DNA of 61,076 nucleotides, counting the filler, from Basidiobolus ranarum (taxonomy: Eukaryota): the NCBI GenBank assembly GCA_040143965.1. It is 12 parts of 12 records of this genome, joined end to end, with 100 filler letters (N's around TTAATTAATTAA, not from the genome) between each part and the next. Parts side by side here need not be neighbours in the genome. Positions count along the whole stretch, not along the records: positions 1 to 5,008 come from JASJQH010001745.1; positions 5,109 to 10,115 come from JASJQH010001746.1; positions 10,216 to 15,221 come from JASJQH010001747.1; 9 more parts are not named here. One strand, given 5' to 3'. Shown piece after piece: positions 1 through 12,724 of this stretch (position 1 is the stretch's first letter; the number at the start of each line of letters is the position of its first letter). Below the pieces are notes generated by a model. The model saw only the letters and a program-made list of their open reading frames with translations. It searched no databases and had not been told where the DNA came from. The position numbers and the translations under genes were made by a program.

Positions 1-2229
1 ATACCATTTTCACTCGCTTCCATTCACTCGCTTCCATTCATGCTTGGAATTCATCTTTGCTAAATATAGTTGACGCCTAATATAATCATCCTAGACAAAT
101 AAACAAGGTAGCTCGTTGGCTTTCCCCTTTTGACCTCATAGCACGGAGGTACTGAAACTGTAGACTATTCTAGATGGTGGGTGTGGCTGGGGGGGGTTTG
201 ATTTTTAATCAGCCATATTTCAGTTCCAGCCTCAATGGCTTCTCCAATCATCATGAAGAAATCTAGCAGTCAATCATTTTTTGCCACTCCCCGTGAAACC
301 GATGGATTGTCTGGATGTCAAATTCCTACTAGTCAGATATGTCTTCGATGCTATATTTGTAGTGAACATATCGACATTCGGAATAAACCAATTCCAGTAG
401 AAATCCACTTTTTGTGCCCTGATATGGTGTCATAAAGTCCATTAGTAATCTATTTTTCGATATTTTAGTCGAAATCAATGAATTCTAAATAAGAAAATTC
501 GGTTTTTTTGTGTCGGCGGTATATGTATATGTTATTGAAAATAGTAATCTAAAGAATATAGGGCTCAATTGCGCTATTTGGCTCCGTTTCCATAAATAGC
601 AATCTAATACATTGAATCAAGGTTGACAACCCCGGGTCTGAAGGAGAAGCCCCATGTCAATGGAAAATCCACGCTATAGTTAGATTTCCTCAATATATAT
701 TGCCAAATCACAGTTGATTCTCTGGGTTGGATGCCTTGAGCAACATATCTCAAGTTCTGATCACAAACTTTATCCATATTGTCAGCCTTGTACATTCAAG
801 CATATGAATGTGGTATATATGTGATTGTGACTATTCAAGCAGAGGTGCCATTCAGTGTGAATGTTACTTTTCCAAGGCCAGAGCCCCGTAGAAGACTGGT
901 GTATTGGCTGTATGATGATCAGGCTGCTTGAAGAAATTGCCAGGGAAAATGTATCTCCAATGCCACTTTTATTAACATCAATATCGAGGGTAATACCTTA
1001 ATATGCTTATTGCGACAGCCATAAGTACAATTTAGTGGTAATTTCTAAGGAATATTTACTGTAATAAGTCAGTGATGTGCTTTGATGGCCTAGAGCAACA
1101 GTTGGTTACTTTAGATGAATCTCACAAGCCCGCTTAGTTTGTTTGGTGTGTGGGGTAGACGAGATATTACTCTGTGGACCGGATTGAGGTGTATTGCACT
1201 AGTTCATTCTTGTCGAATATGATACTCGAATTACCAACTACTGCTAGACTCTTCTGAATCAAATCATTGACATGCAACTACGAATCAAATCATTGAGGTC
1301 CAATTCCATACCGCAATCACGAAATTAGAGAATATGTAACTGTATGTAGAGTCACTGTTATCTGAATCTAGAAGAGTGTTAATAGAATGCATTACATGGA
1401 TACATACCTTGCTAAATTGAATTTTATTTCAAACCATCACTAATTCCAGTCACGAAGTAACTGCGCAATTGTCATAATTTGGTAACAGGCGGAAGAATCT
1501 AGCCTGGAATTTCCTCCGGTTAAATCCAACTTTATGATACCCTTATTTTCACCCACTGAATTGCACCCTCGTAAATCCCAATTACCTATATTCTTTTGAA
1601 ATGTGGAATTTTGGTGCATAAAGCTCTGGTTTACTTGCATCCATTATATTTATTCATCTACAATACTATAGGCTAAGTAAGGACTCTAAGTAATGTTCTA
1701 CGGACAAGTAAGACAACTTATGCTAGGGTTAAGGGATGTTTCTTTGGGCTCATAATCGTAAAAATCAGTCATAAAATCAAGAATGATTTTTAATAATGGG
1801 AATTCTAAAAGCATGGATCATTTCACACTATCAAATGATATACTATTCGCCAATCCCATTGCCACTCTGTTACTGCATTTGCAATAATCTATACCGGAAT
1901 ATGTGGTGAAAATAAGGAGTTAGGGTTAGCACATTTCCTGCATTTTCTTACAACCCCCTAAGATACTTACTCTTTGACAAGAAATAAATTTTCAATCACT
2001 CAGAGTGATTAACAAAATCAACATTATTGCTGTCTTTAGAGCATCTAAGAAAATAGAACATTTAATCTGGAATTTCAAGTTCCACTTAGCTAATGATGCG
2101 ATGTTCAATATATCTAACAATAATATGCTAGCGCTCATAACTGATTCATTTTTTCTTCACGTATTTTTCATGTGACAATAACTCTGCATTAACTGCATAG
2201 TTCAGCTTGATATTTGTCATAATAGCTAC

Positions 2230-3405
2230 CTGAATTACACGATGTTATTATTCAATATCTTCACTATGAATTTATGCTCAATATCAAGACCAACTTGGAA
2301 GCTCTCAGATTATACGATTTTCTCAAACTTGACCAAGAGACCCCAAAATCTGTACATATATTTCCGGGAACCTCTTGAGTATATTCTGTGTGTTAGTTTG
2401 TCTACTTCTAGAAAAATGAATAAATGTCAATTTGCACTCAATGCATCAAGTGAAAAGTGCCAATTTTTCTAGTTCTCAAAATCACTTCCAACAACTCCCA
2501 AAATACCTCAACAATGACTACACATATCTTTTGCCTCAAATGAAATGCTACATATCAAGCTACTGGTCATATATCTATTGGCTTAAATATATTATTGAGT
2601 ATTCCTGTGCATGTCAGAGGCATATATATATACATCTCACAGATCTCAAATGTGTCAATATGAAATGTTGATTCTATTGAAATTGGCACAGCATAGCCTA
2701 AACACCTCTATATTCACATATAGCTTAGTATTTAGTTATTCAATATTGAACTAAGATATCACATCAAGAGAAGTTTACATAGAGTATTTTGTGAAAGTAT
2801 TTCGGGAGCCTGTAGGAAGTGGTTTGGAGAACTAGAAGAATTGTTGGTTTTCACTTTTTGATTTATTGAATATTCAATTGAAATATATAGTTTTGTCAAG
2901 ATTTAAACAAAATAACATGAAAGATGTGTTAAGGAAGGTCCCAGAAACATATGTGCAAAGTTTGGGGCTTCTAGCTGAGTTTGAAAAATTTATATATCTG
3001 AGAACTTCTAAGTTGGTAGAAGTATTCAAAGTAAATTCCAATTGAGAATAATGGGTAATATCTTAGTTCAATATAGAATAACTAAATACTAAGCTATATA
3101 CGACTATATAGGTGTTTAGGCAATGCTAATTTCAACATAGAATGTGTTAAGGAAGGTCCCAGGCACATGTGTGCAAAGTTTGGGGCTTCTTTGAAAATTT
3201 ATATATCTGAGAACTTCCAAGTAAATTCCAACTCAGAATAATGGGTGATATCTAGTGAAGTATAGGATACCTAAATACTAAGCTATATATGATATATAGG
3301 TGTTTAGACAATGCTAATTTCAACATATTTTACTAACTTAGAAGTTTTCAGATATATAGATTTTTCAAACTGGTGCTAGAAGTCCCAAACTTTGCACACA
3401 TGTTT
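2230..3405. mobile_element. Cluster of degenerate Copia family-A LTR fragments in both orientations
   Basis: Repeated blocks such as gaaggtcccag..tgtgcaaagtttggggcttct and caatgctaatttcaaca match the complete LTRs at 53931-54276 and 54372-54719. Confidence 0.8.
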
Positions 3406-4056
3406 TTCTATCTTATCAGATAAAGTCATATCAATACCTGATTTATGGAATGCCCTCTACGTTCTTTGAGTTATTCCGGGACATACAACAGACTTGTTAT
3501 CATATAACAACTATCATTGGCAGTTCATTCCAAAATCTAGTCTTCGTACATTCAATGGAATATGCTACTCCAAAAGTAGATCCATGACTATAATTTATGA
3601 TTCTAAACCGCAACGTAATCATCGCCATTACTACGATACCATTCTTTCTGTTGTAGATTTCATTTCATGGATTTTAGGACTTCGAACTGCTCATTCCACG
3701 CAAGCCGTTTCTTTACCCAAGCGTAACGGTGATGTTGAACTCGAAGATACGAACAAGTGACTCTGTCTATTTAAAGTTTGTAAGCTCTTCAACGGGATGA
3801 GGCCACGCGAATACCTAACCCTATTAGATGCATCTGTGGCCTATTTAACCAGAAATTGAAACAAGCAATCAACACCTTGGATGAATATCAATATAACTAT
3901 CTGAGCCATTTAAAGGATTCAACTTGTACACTGGGAAAGATATATATTTGTATTAGATACTTGTAAACGATTTTATATATAACATTTCAAAAGATAACTC
4001 GGGAAACTCCGGTCATCCACATTAAAGCTCAACACGAAAGCATAGTCTCTACTAAA

Positions 4057-5008
4057 TTATTGGGCGGGGTTTTGGGGATTGAATGTCAAGTCCCATCCAA
4101 TTTGGGGGCCAAATTTGGGTAGTGCTTCAGCTACTGAATGTACGTCTTTGTCACCACGTCCACTGACGCAAATAAGAACATCCGTATCCTTAGACATAGT
4201 GCTAGCTAATTCAAGTGTAGCATAAATAGCATGAGAAGTTTCCAAAGCTGGAATGATTCCTTCCAATTGGGTCATCTTACGGAATCCAATCATAGCTTCT
4301 TTGTCATTCACTGCGATATAAGTGGCTCGGCCGCTATCCTTCAACCAGGCATGCTCAGGGCCGACTGCGGGGTAATCCAATCCAGCACTAATGCTGTGGG
4401 TTTCTTTGATCTGTCCCTTCTTGTCTTGAAGCAAGTAGGTACGGGCACCGTGGAATACACCAGGTGTTCCAGCAGCTAATGTAGCAGAGTGGAACTCAGT
4501 GTCAATACCGTCACCACCAGCTTCAACACCCACTATTCTTACACTCTCATCGGCAATAAAAGGATGGAAGAGTCCAATAGCATTACTTCCACCACCAACA
4601 CATGCTACGATAGCATCAGGAAGTTTCCCGGCGCGTTCGAGCATCTGTTCACGAGCTTCTCTACCAATGACTGATTGGAACTCACGAACAATAGTAGGGA
4701 AGGGATGAGGTCCAATGGCAGAACCGACCAAATAATGTGTGGTAGAGACGTTGGTGACCCAGTCACGCATAGCCTCATTCACGGCCTCCTTGAGAGTCTT
4801 ACTACCAGACTCAACCGAATGAACCGTTGCTCCCAACATTCTCATTCTGAAAACGTTCAATGCCTGTCTTCTAACATCCTCGGATCCCATATAAACGGTA
4901 CACTCAAGTCCGAACTTGGCACATGCTGTAGCTGTAGCCACGCCATGTTGACCCGCACCAGTTTCGGCGATGATTCGTTTTTTACCTAAACGTTTGGCGA
5001 CTAAAATC
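4057..5008 (-). CDS. TRP5: Tryptophan synthase beta domain (C-terminal part of fungal TRP5); 5' end cut by the contig end
   Basis: Motifs [42 protein letters not shown] and SGRGDKD. The frame stays open up to the linker at 5009. Confidence 0.95.
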
Positions 5009-5108
5009 NNNNNNNNNNNNNNNNNNNNNNNNNNNNNNNNNNNNNNNNNNNNTTAATTAATTAANNNNNNNNNNNNNNNNNNNNNNNNNNNNNNNNNNNN
5101 NNNNNNNN
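5009..5108. other. Artificial contig linker N44-TTAATTAATTAA-N44; repeated at 10116, 15222, 20326, 25428, 30527, 35624, 40720, 45812, 50902 and 55991
   Basis: Identical 100-nt spacer with a stop-rich core occurs 11 times, and contig lengths decrease monotonically. Confidence 0.99.
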
Positions 5109-5899
5109 GTAATAGTATGCTTAGGAGTCTCAGTGTGCTTGGGAGTCTCGGTGTGTTTGGGAGTCTCAGTGTGTTTGGGAGTCTCAGTGTGTTTGGGAGT
5201 CTCAGTGTGCTTGGGAGTTTCAGTGTGCTCGGGAGTTTCAGTGTGTTTAGTTGGACTAGGTTTGCCATTGCATGATCCTAAGCTAGCCCATACCTCATTG
5301 CTTCCGGGTTTATTGTTTTGTGTCCACCATTTAGCTTTCCATAAGGTACCGTCATAAACTGCCTCCTTATTTCCAGTGTAAATATCTTGAGCACTCCATT
5401 GAGGAACATCACTACAAATACCGCCCTCAGTATCACCATGTGGCTTTGTAGGTTGTGGGGATGGTACTGGTTTACCGTTGCAAGATCCTAGGTTGGCCCA
5501 TACTTCATTGCTTCCAGGCTTGTCGTTTTGTGTCCACCATTTAGCTTTCCATAAGGTACCATCATAAGCTACCTCTTTATTTCCAGTGTAAACATCCTGG
5601 GCACTCCATTGAGGAACACTATTGCAATGACCGGCTTCGGTATCACCGTTTGGCTTGGAATCAGGAACATTACCGTTGCATGATCCTAAGTTGGCCCATA
5701 CTTGATTGCTTCCAGGCTTGTTGTTTTGTGTCCACCATTTAGCTTTCCACAAAGTGCCATCATAAGTAACGGTTTTATCTCCAGTGTATACATCTTGAGC
5801 ACTCCATTGAGCAACATTATTGCAAATATCATTTGCTTGGCTGGATGGAGCCAAAATCGTCAGCGCAAAAGCAGATAGAGCTAACTTGTAAGAAGGCAT
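5109..5899 (-). CDS. Secreted protein with three CBM5/12 (ChtBD3-like) chitin-binding modules and a PKHTET repeat linker; 3' end truncated
   Basis: Hydrophobic signal peptide, then three copies of WSAQD-YTG-K---YDGTLWKAKWWTQN-KPG----W--LGSC. AKWWTQ is the CBM5/12 signature. Confidence 0.88.
5112..5250 (-). repeat. 18-bp coding tandem repeat (PKHTET, about 7-8 units)
   Basis: Repeated ggagtctcagtgtg(c/t)ttg units that run into the contig end. Confidence 0.95.
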
Positions 5900-8467
5900 G
5901 ACAAAAACTGATAGATTAATTACTGCGAATGAGTAGAAACCAGTTTGTTAGTTAATCAAACTGTTAGATCTATAATATTGATCTTGTGAAGACTACATAG
6001 GTTCCTCATCGTATTTTTATACTCAACCAACCTCTCATCCTCCAGCCTCATTTGAACTGATATTCTATTAGAATAGTGGCAACAAAGCTCCAAAAGATGA
6101 AGATCTTTGTTGTTAGCCAAAAAAAGGCAATACTATCACTCAATTAATTAGCCCATTCTGTTTACATCTTCTGTGAGCGGACAACCTTATGCGTTTAATT
6201 TTTACCGAAACTAGCGATGGACTGTGACTGTTTGTTATGGGTTAGTCTCAAAAGCACACTCAGGTCAAGTAGGACGAACAACAACGATAGAGTTATTTAT
6301 CTTCATGACTTGGGCTACCTGTTGAGAGTAAAGACAACTACAGTATGGTACTTCATGTTCAAGATGTTGATCAGTTTAAAGCAGCATAAGCAAATCGTAT
6401 TGTTATTTGATAAATGATTTATCACCTCAATCTATTTTTATGATTTTGGATCATAAATGGAAAACGGATTGAGTCGAGACATGCGATTTGCTTTAGTTAT
6501 TTACTGTTAATAATATACCAATCATGCACGCAATGCCAACCGAATTTTCCATTTTCCCCTCGATTGTAACTGTGTCAACGCGTACCAAACTTTTGGTCCA
6601 AAATACGAAACAATTGACCAATGATAACGCGACGTTTCTCTATTTTACGATGCTCATCTCGATGACACGAGATTTAGATCTTCAATTTCTGTTGAGATAT
6701 GTTTCATTTTAGTTGAATTTCCATTAATAGACCAGTTAGAATCTATTGGATCTGTTTGTAAGCAGGGTCCATATCCATTTAGCCTCTCTTTGTTATGAGA
6801 CCATTCTACATCTCAAGTTGATTAGCACTCCACTTGAAAGTGTATGCTGACCGGTACAAGTCAGTGTAATATGTAGTGATCAACGAACTAACGATAGATT
6901 GCTTTTTTGCTTAGCCACAGTTGATACAGAACATCAAAAAACGAGTATCTTAAAAACAAAGCCATCCAAATTGGAAATTTAGTAAACATCACACATTCCC
7001 TTTTATGCTCATATCTGATTTCCATTTTTATGACATGAGTCTAGTTTCCTGTGCTAGAAGTGCTTTTCTTGTCAACTTTAAATGAAATCCAGATTAGAGT
7101 TGATACTGTTAATGCTCCCAAGTTAAATTGATTGACTACTAGATCAATTCTACGACCCCAAACATACAAGAGGCTTATGAATGCTTTGGATGTCAGTCCA
7201 ATTATGGATGACTCTTTCTATATTCCACTGACTTGATACATTAATAAATATCACATGAAAAGAAAGCGCAAGTTCCTTATTTATCCCCACTTCCGCATAA
7301 TCTGATTATCCTATTTGCTCACAATAACAATAATTTATTTCCTAAATTAAGATATTAATAACACTATACGAAATGTCTTGCTTCATATTTACTCTACTGT
7401 CAAATATGGTAACAGGCCCAATGTGGATTATTTCTATCTTTCATCACTTTGGAACTATTATCCTGTATTTTGAATCTAATGAGCATAAGAGCCTCTACCG
7501 CAGATGCAATAAGTACTAAAACGATTTGTCAAAGGCTAGAAAATATTTCCGATACTCTAACCGGTTGTGCATACTATCACTCATAAGCCTGTTTCATCAT
7601 GTTCAATATCACTGAAAATTCCTCTAAAACGCTCAAACTCCTAAACATAATGTTGTTTCTACGTCGATCACTACTGAAGCATCTGCACTCGCTAACCGTT
7701 TACCTAGCTCACAATAAACCTGCCTTTACTCTAATAGTAATGAACATGTGAAATGGCAAAAAGACCAGTAGAACCCTCCATTATAAATAATACACGTGGC
7801 ATACTTTTACAAATGAGTGTCTAGATTTCGAGCACTCTGCACCCGAAGGAGAACCCAAATAGAGCACCAACACCTTGGACATCCACTGCAAGCATCGTTT
7901 CTATTAACGCCAATTGAATTAAGTACCCCATCCATGTTACGTATTTGTTCCTGTCTCGGGTGTTCCTATTTCACCTTTATACCGAAGATTTGACTATGAA
8001 ACAAGTCGCCTTTATCGGTAAAGTTCCAGATTTGCTTTTTTTTTACAAAAGTGACAAAAGATAGTATCTTCAACTCTATATGAAACAGTAATATGAGATA
8101 AACATTCAAGTCCATTACATGAGTCATAATCTTCCATAATCCAAGATCTCACTGCAGTTGGAAGCAAGTTAAAACCAGTAGATTATTCGTTTGCAAGCCA
8201 CGCTTCAGGGGGATGTTGGATTTGCCCACAATGGTGATGGGTATATTCTTTCAAGCTTAGATAGTTTTTGTTTCACATACGCAAGAGAAAGGTTTTGTTA
8301 CTGAGGTCAATTGAACTTGCTAGTTTGAGAATATTGTACATAAGCGAACATATTAGTAGCTATTACCGGTGCTCACATTTATCAAGTAGTGTTTCATTAG
8401 TTGTACTACATGCGAGGTCAATGAGTTGAATATTCTAATGAATTGGTAGATATGTCCTGAAGATCTA

Positions 8468-8740
8468 CCTTTATGCCTACAGAGAAACGAAAAGAGAAGT
8501 TTCATCACTTATGTGTGGAGTGGTACAGGTGACAATGGTAAAAGTATTCTTATGAAGCTAATTGAGTTAGCATTAGGTGAGTGTTCATTGAAGTTACCCA
8601 CTTCTGCTAGTACGGGCAAACGTACTGCCTTAGGAGTTGCTACTTCTGATATAGGATTGATTGAGCGTAAGTTAGTAGCTTTCCTTCAAGAGCCATGCAA
8701 TACTGAACGTATTAATGTCGGTATAGTTAAGGTGCTAATA
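8468..8740 (+). pseudogene. Fragment of a D5-like primase-helicase (superfamily 3), probable endogenous viral element
   Basis: EKFH (frameshifted), then WSGTGDNGKS (Walker A), LIELALGE, KLPTS..TGKR, FLQEP (Walker B region) and ERINVGIVK. The order and spacing match NCLDV D5 helicases. Confidence 0.75.
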
Positions 8741-9169
8741 TATACCAGAAATTGCTTGTTTTATCATTTCAATCTATAGCGCACACCGGATTCACTTTTT
8801 AACTGCATTTTTTGAATGATAACATCTCCGTATTCACCACATGATTCAGCTATATACTTGACGCACAACTAGATCAGAGGCCATATGACAGTCATTAACA
8901 TTATGAAGGCGATTTCATGGCCCTTAATGATTTTATCTATAATAGTATTTAGTACTGTGAGTAAGTAAGCCTTTCACTCACATTTTTGTAAAGTTTTTTT
9001 TGCCAGTAGCTATATTTAGTCATTTATATTATGACATATGGGCATATACATGGACAGGCTTATGTCATAGAACTTACTTGTGCTCATCAATTATATATAA
9101 TATAATATAAATATAAATCAAAAATCTTGGGTATTTTTCAAATATTTTTCATATTATGATTGGAGTTAT

Positions 9170-9489
9170 TGTTAGAGTATTTGGGAGCCTGTTAGAAGTG
9201 GTTTGGAAAATTAGAGGAATTGGTGGTTTTCACTTATTGATTTATTGAGTATTCAGTTGACATTTATAGTTTTGTCCAGATGTAAACAAACTAATGTGTA
9301 GAATGTGTTAATGAAGGTACCAGGAATATGTGTGCAAAGTTTGGGGCTTCTTTGAAAAATCTATATATCTGAGAGCTTCTAAGTAAGTTCCAATTGTGAA
9401 TAATAGATAATATCTTGGTGAATTATAAGATAACTAAGTACTAAGCTATATATGACTATATAGGTGTTTAAGCAATATGAATTTCAACA
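9170..9489 (-). mobile_element. Copia family-A solo LTR with 5-bp TSD GTTAT
   Basis: TGTT...AACA termini; GTTAT at 9165-9169 and 9490-9494. Confidence 0.88.
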
Positions 9490-9509
9490 GTTATATATTG
9501 AGCAGTATG

Positions 9510-9857
9510 TGTTAAAGTATTTGGGAGTCTGTTGGAAGTGGTTTGCAGAATTAGAGGAATTGGTGGTTTTCATCTATTGATTTATTGAGTAGAAAGATGA
9601 CATTTATAGTTTTGTCAAGATGTAAGCAAACTAACATGTACAATGTGTTAAGGAAGGTCCCATGAACATGTGTGCAAAGTGTGGGGCTTCTAGCACAAGT
9701 TTGAAAAATCTATATATCTGAGAACTTCTAAGTTGGTAAAAATATTCCAAGTAAATTCCAATTGAGAATAACTGATAATATCTTAGTGAGTTATGAGATA
9801 GCTAAGTACTAAGTTGTATATGACTATATAGCTGTTTAGGCAATGCTAATTTCAACA
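9510..9857 (-). mobile_element. Copia family-A LTR
   Basis: Full-length copy (tgttaaagtatttggg...atttcaaca); no matching TSD. Confidence 0.88.
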
Positions 9858-9920
9858 GAAATTAGCCCCAAACTTAAAGGCAAGCAAAAAGCCACATTAA
9901 CACTGCCAACACTCTCCCTC

Positions 9921-10115
9921 TGTTGAAATTAGCATTGCCTAAGCAGCTATATAGTCATATACAACTTAGTACTTAGTTATCTCATAACTCACTAAGATAT
10001 TATCAATTATTCTCAATTGGAATTTACTTAGAATATTTTTACCAACTTAGAAGTTCTCAGATATATAGATTTTTCAAACTTGTGCTAGCAGCCCCAAACT
10101 TTGCACACATATTCC
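9921..10115 (+). mobile_element. Copia family-A LTR, truncated by the contig end, inverted relative to 9510-9857
   Basis: Starts tgttgaaattagcattgcc and is the near reverse complement of the preceding LTR. Confidence 0.88.
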
Positions 10116-10556
10116 NNNNNNNNNNNNNNNNNNNNNNNNNNNNNNNNNNNNNNNNNNNNTTAATTAATTAANNNNNNNNNNNNNNNNNNNNNNNNNNNNN
10201 NNNNNNNNNNNNNNNTACCCTAAAGGCGCTACCCTAAAGGCGCTACCCTACCTTGACAATGCTAGTTTAGTCTTAGATTGGTCTGCTTGTAAATTAACAT
10301 TCCATTTTTGTCAAAACTGCACATACATAAAAATATCTAGTTTTTTGATAGTTTTGTTTTGCGCGAGTGTTTGCGTCGTAAATGAGAACATTTCAGCATA
10401 TTTGCTTATTAATGGAAATGTTTACTTGTACTTGCTAATTATGGAGAATCTTTTCATATACTTGATAACTTTATTCTAAACATTGGGTAAACTGATATAG
10501 TGTTATTCTAGCGAGTGGGTAAACTGTGTTATTTTAAACTTGGTTTAAGGTCGTAA

Positions 10557-11142
10557 TCATTGGAGATAGCGGCTTAAAGCACCAAGAGCCATTGGTACAA
10601 CCATTGGCATCATCCATGGTGATAGAGTGGCTCCTTGATTTGGCTTACTTGGTGTTTGGGTAGATCCATTAGATGAACCGGGATTGGCATTCCCGCTGGG
10701 TGGAGAGTTAAAAGTAGACCCAGATGGAACATTAGACTTTATCTCGAAATAAGGCGTATACTTGACGTTAGGTCCAGAGCCAGAACGAATGGCATACTGC
10801 TTACCAGCAGGAAGGTCCTGTGGTATCTGCCATTTATACTGACCAGCCTTAGAATCTACTCCCTGTTGAATAATAGATAGCAATTGAAGCTGGGTTGGAG
10901 GACCAGACATCAAAGCAAGATCTATTGTGGCCGGGGTAGATGCTCCACCTGTTTCAGTCCTATAAGAAATACCTAAATTAGTATATTTCCCTACAAGAAG
11001 ATGCTTGTAAAAATTACCAAGTGATGATCTTTTCACTTCCAGCATCCCAAATAGCATTAATAGGGCTAGTGAGTGCATAATCACCAGCTACCATTTGGAA
11101 AAGGGAAAATCCACTAACAGCAAAAAGAACGGCGGAGTACAT
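10557..11142 (-). CDS. Secreted, probably GPI-anchored Ser/Thr/Pro-rich protein with a Kre9/Knh1-like N-terminal domain; intron 10960-11017
   Basis: The spliced product starts MYSAVLFAVSGFSLFQMVAGDYALTSP...ITW/TETGG and includes IDLALMSG, YKWQIP..LP.G.QYAIR and YTPYFEI, an S/P/N-rich tail and a hydrophobic C-terminus. The intron is GT..AG. Confidence 0.8.
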
Positions 11143-12724
11143 GATGAAAAGATTGGATGAGAAATATTACTAATACTGGTTGAGTAACTTCTAAATCCGC
11201 TGGAACTTTTTATACATTGATGTTGATTCCACTAACTGCAGTACCACGAGCTCCAACATTGGGAATCAATGTGAAATACGGATATTATCTAAAACGGACA
11301 ATGCTTGGTTTAATCGAACCTTTGTTACACACATCTTATGCATCTGGTGTTGATTGTTTTGCGTGGTGAGAACCGGCTTGGTATCAATTGTTTGTTGGAA
11401 GTTTGATCGGAGAGAAACGGAGAATCACAAATATAGCCATAAGCTGACAATAGTTAACAAATGAGGTAAGATGCAGTGGAATACATATGCATAGTGGATT
11501 AGCAGGAACGATCGATTATCTATAGCAGACAAACTGGCTTTTATTGCGCACTACTTGACTGGAATATTTATACTGAAATTATCTGGTTTGATCCATTAGT
11601 TGTTGGTGCCTCGTTGCTAGAGCAAGATGATATTGAAACTCTTGATTTGACAATGAATTGCCACTAGGTCTAAATTTGGGTCCTAAGCTCAGATCGTTTG
11701 AGAAGATGGAGTGATCGCCATCATGAAGTATATCTGCACGAGTACTCGTGTTGGATTTATCGATCCTTTGCGACCATGGGTTGCTACCAAGAGAGGAGTC
11801 TAATGTTGATGTGTACTCGGTGTTCGTTTCTGGTAATCGCATTTTTCTAGTGGTGTTTTAATGTTGGTGGCATTAGCTTAGGGTCAGTGTATTTATACGA
11901 ATTCTATCGTGACCAAATATGACATCACACGTTTGAACGCATTTAGACGGCATATAAGAGACACATCATTAATTACGTGTATCTTTACAACGTTGATCGT
12001 GGTTGTGGTTTTATATTAGCCAATATCCTGGTTCTATTAGCGTTGGCTCTGGTTTCATTAGTGCTGGTGACTGTGCTATATATGTAGTGGGATGATATCC
12101 TATTTGTTATACATTTATACTCGTCTTAGACATTTTATGTATTATATATATTACTCATCCATTTGTGTAATGAAAACCTGAAGATCATTTGGGTGACACA
12201 AGATCAAGGAACTAGAATTGGTCAAAGCGTGATTATGGAATATTGTGTCCTTTTTGAGCAAGAAGCTTTCTCTACACTAAATATGTGTTTCAAGAGTAAC
12301 ACAATGCTTGATCTAGCCGCCGCCTATGTACCACTTAAAGATACCTACACCAGTTAGATACTCACTCTATGACTATGAATTCTCTTGAAGAATTAACTAT
12401 GGGTTCATATTTAACTATGGCAATTGAACTGTAAAAATGCCCACAATGAATCTCTGTTTAACGATGTTTTAAACTAAAGCTGTTCATGGGAAAATAATTT
12501 ACAGATTTAGCAGAAATATTTATTTTAACTGTTAACTTATATTTTAACAAAAGGCATCTTAATTAAAACATTCCAATAATCCTCCTGGAAGAACTATCTT
12601 TCTTTATGTATATATATGTAGCCCCACAACTAAATTCGCTAAAATTACGTGCTAGTTTCTTACCTTTCTATTCACAGATTTTAGAGAATACTTTTATTTA
12701 ATATTCCTCAATTTCTTGGGTCTA

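Noticed and set aside
10-40. Short TCACTCGCTTCCAT duplication
   Set aside because: About two units at a contig edge with no further structure.
604-1640. Short ORFs of 63-66 aa in contig 1
   Set aside because: No recognisable motifs, and lengths compatible with chance.
5053-5064. TTAATTAATTAA palindrome recurring every ~5.1 kb
   Set aside because: Synthetic linker embedded in N runs, not biological periodicity.
10216-10250. (TACCCTAAAGGCGC)x2.5 at a contig start, telomere-like because of CCCTAA
   Set aside because: Only 2.5 units and seen nowhere else, too little to call a telomere.
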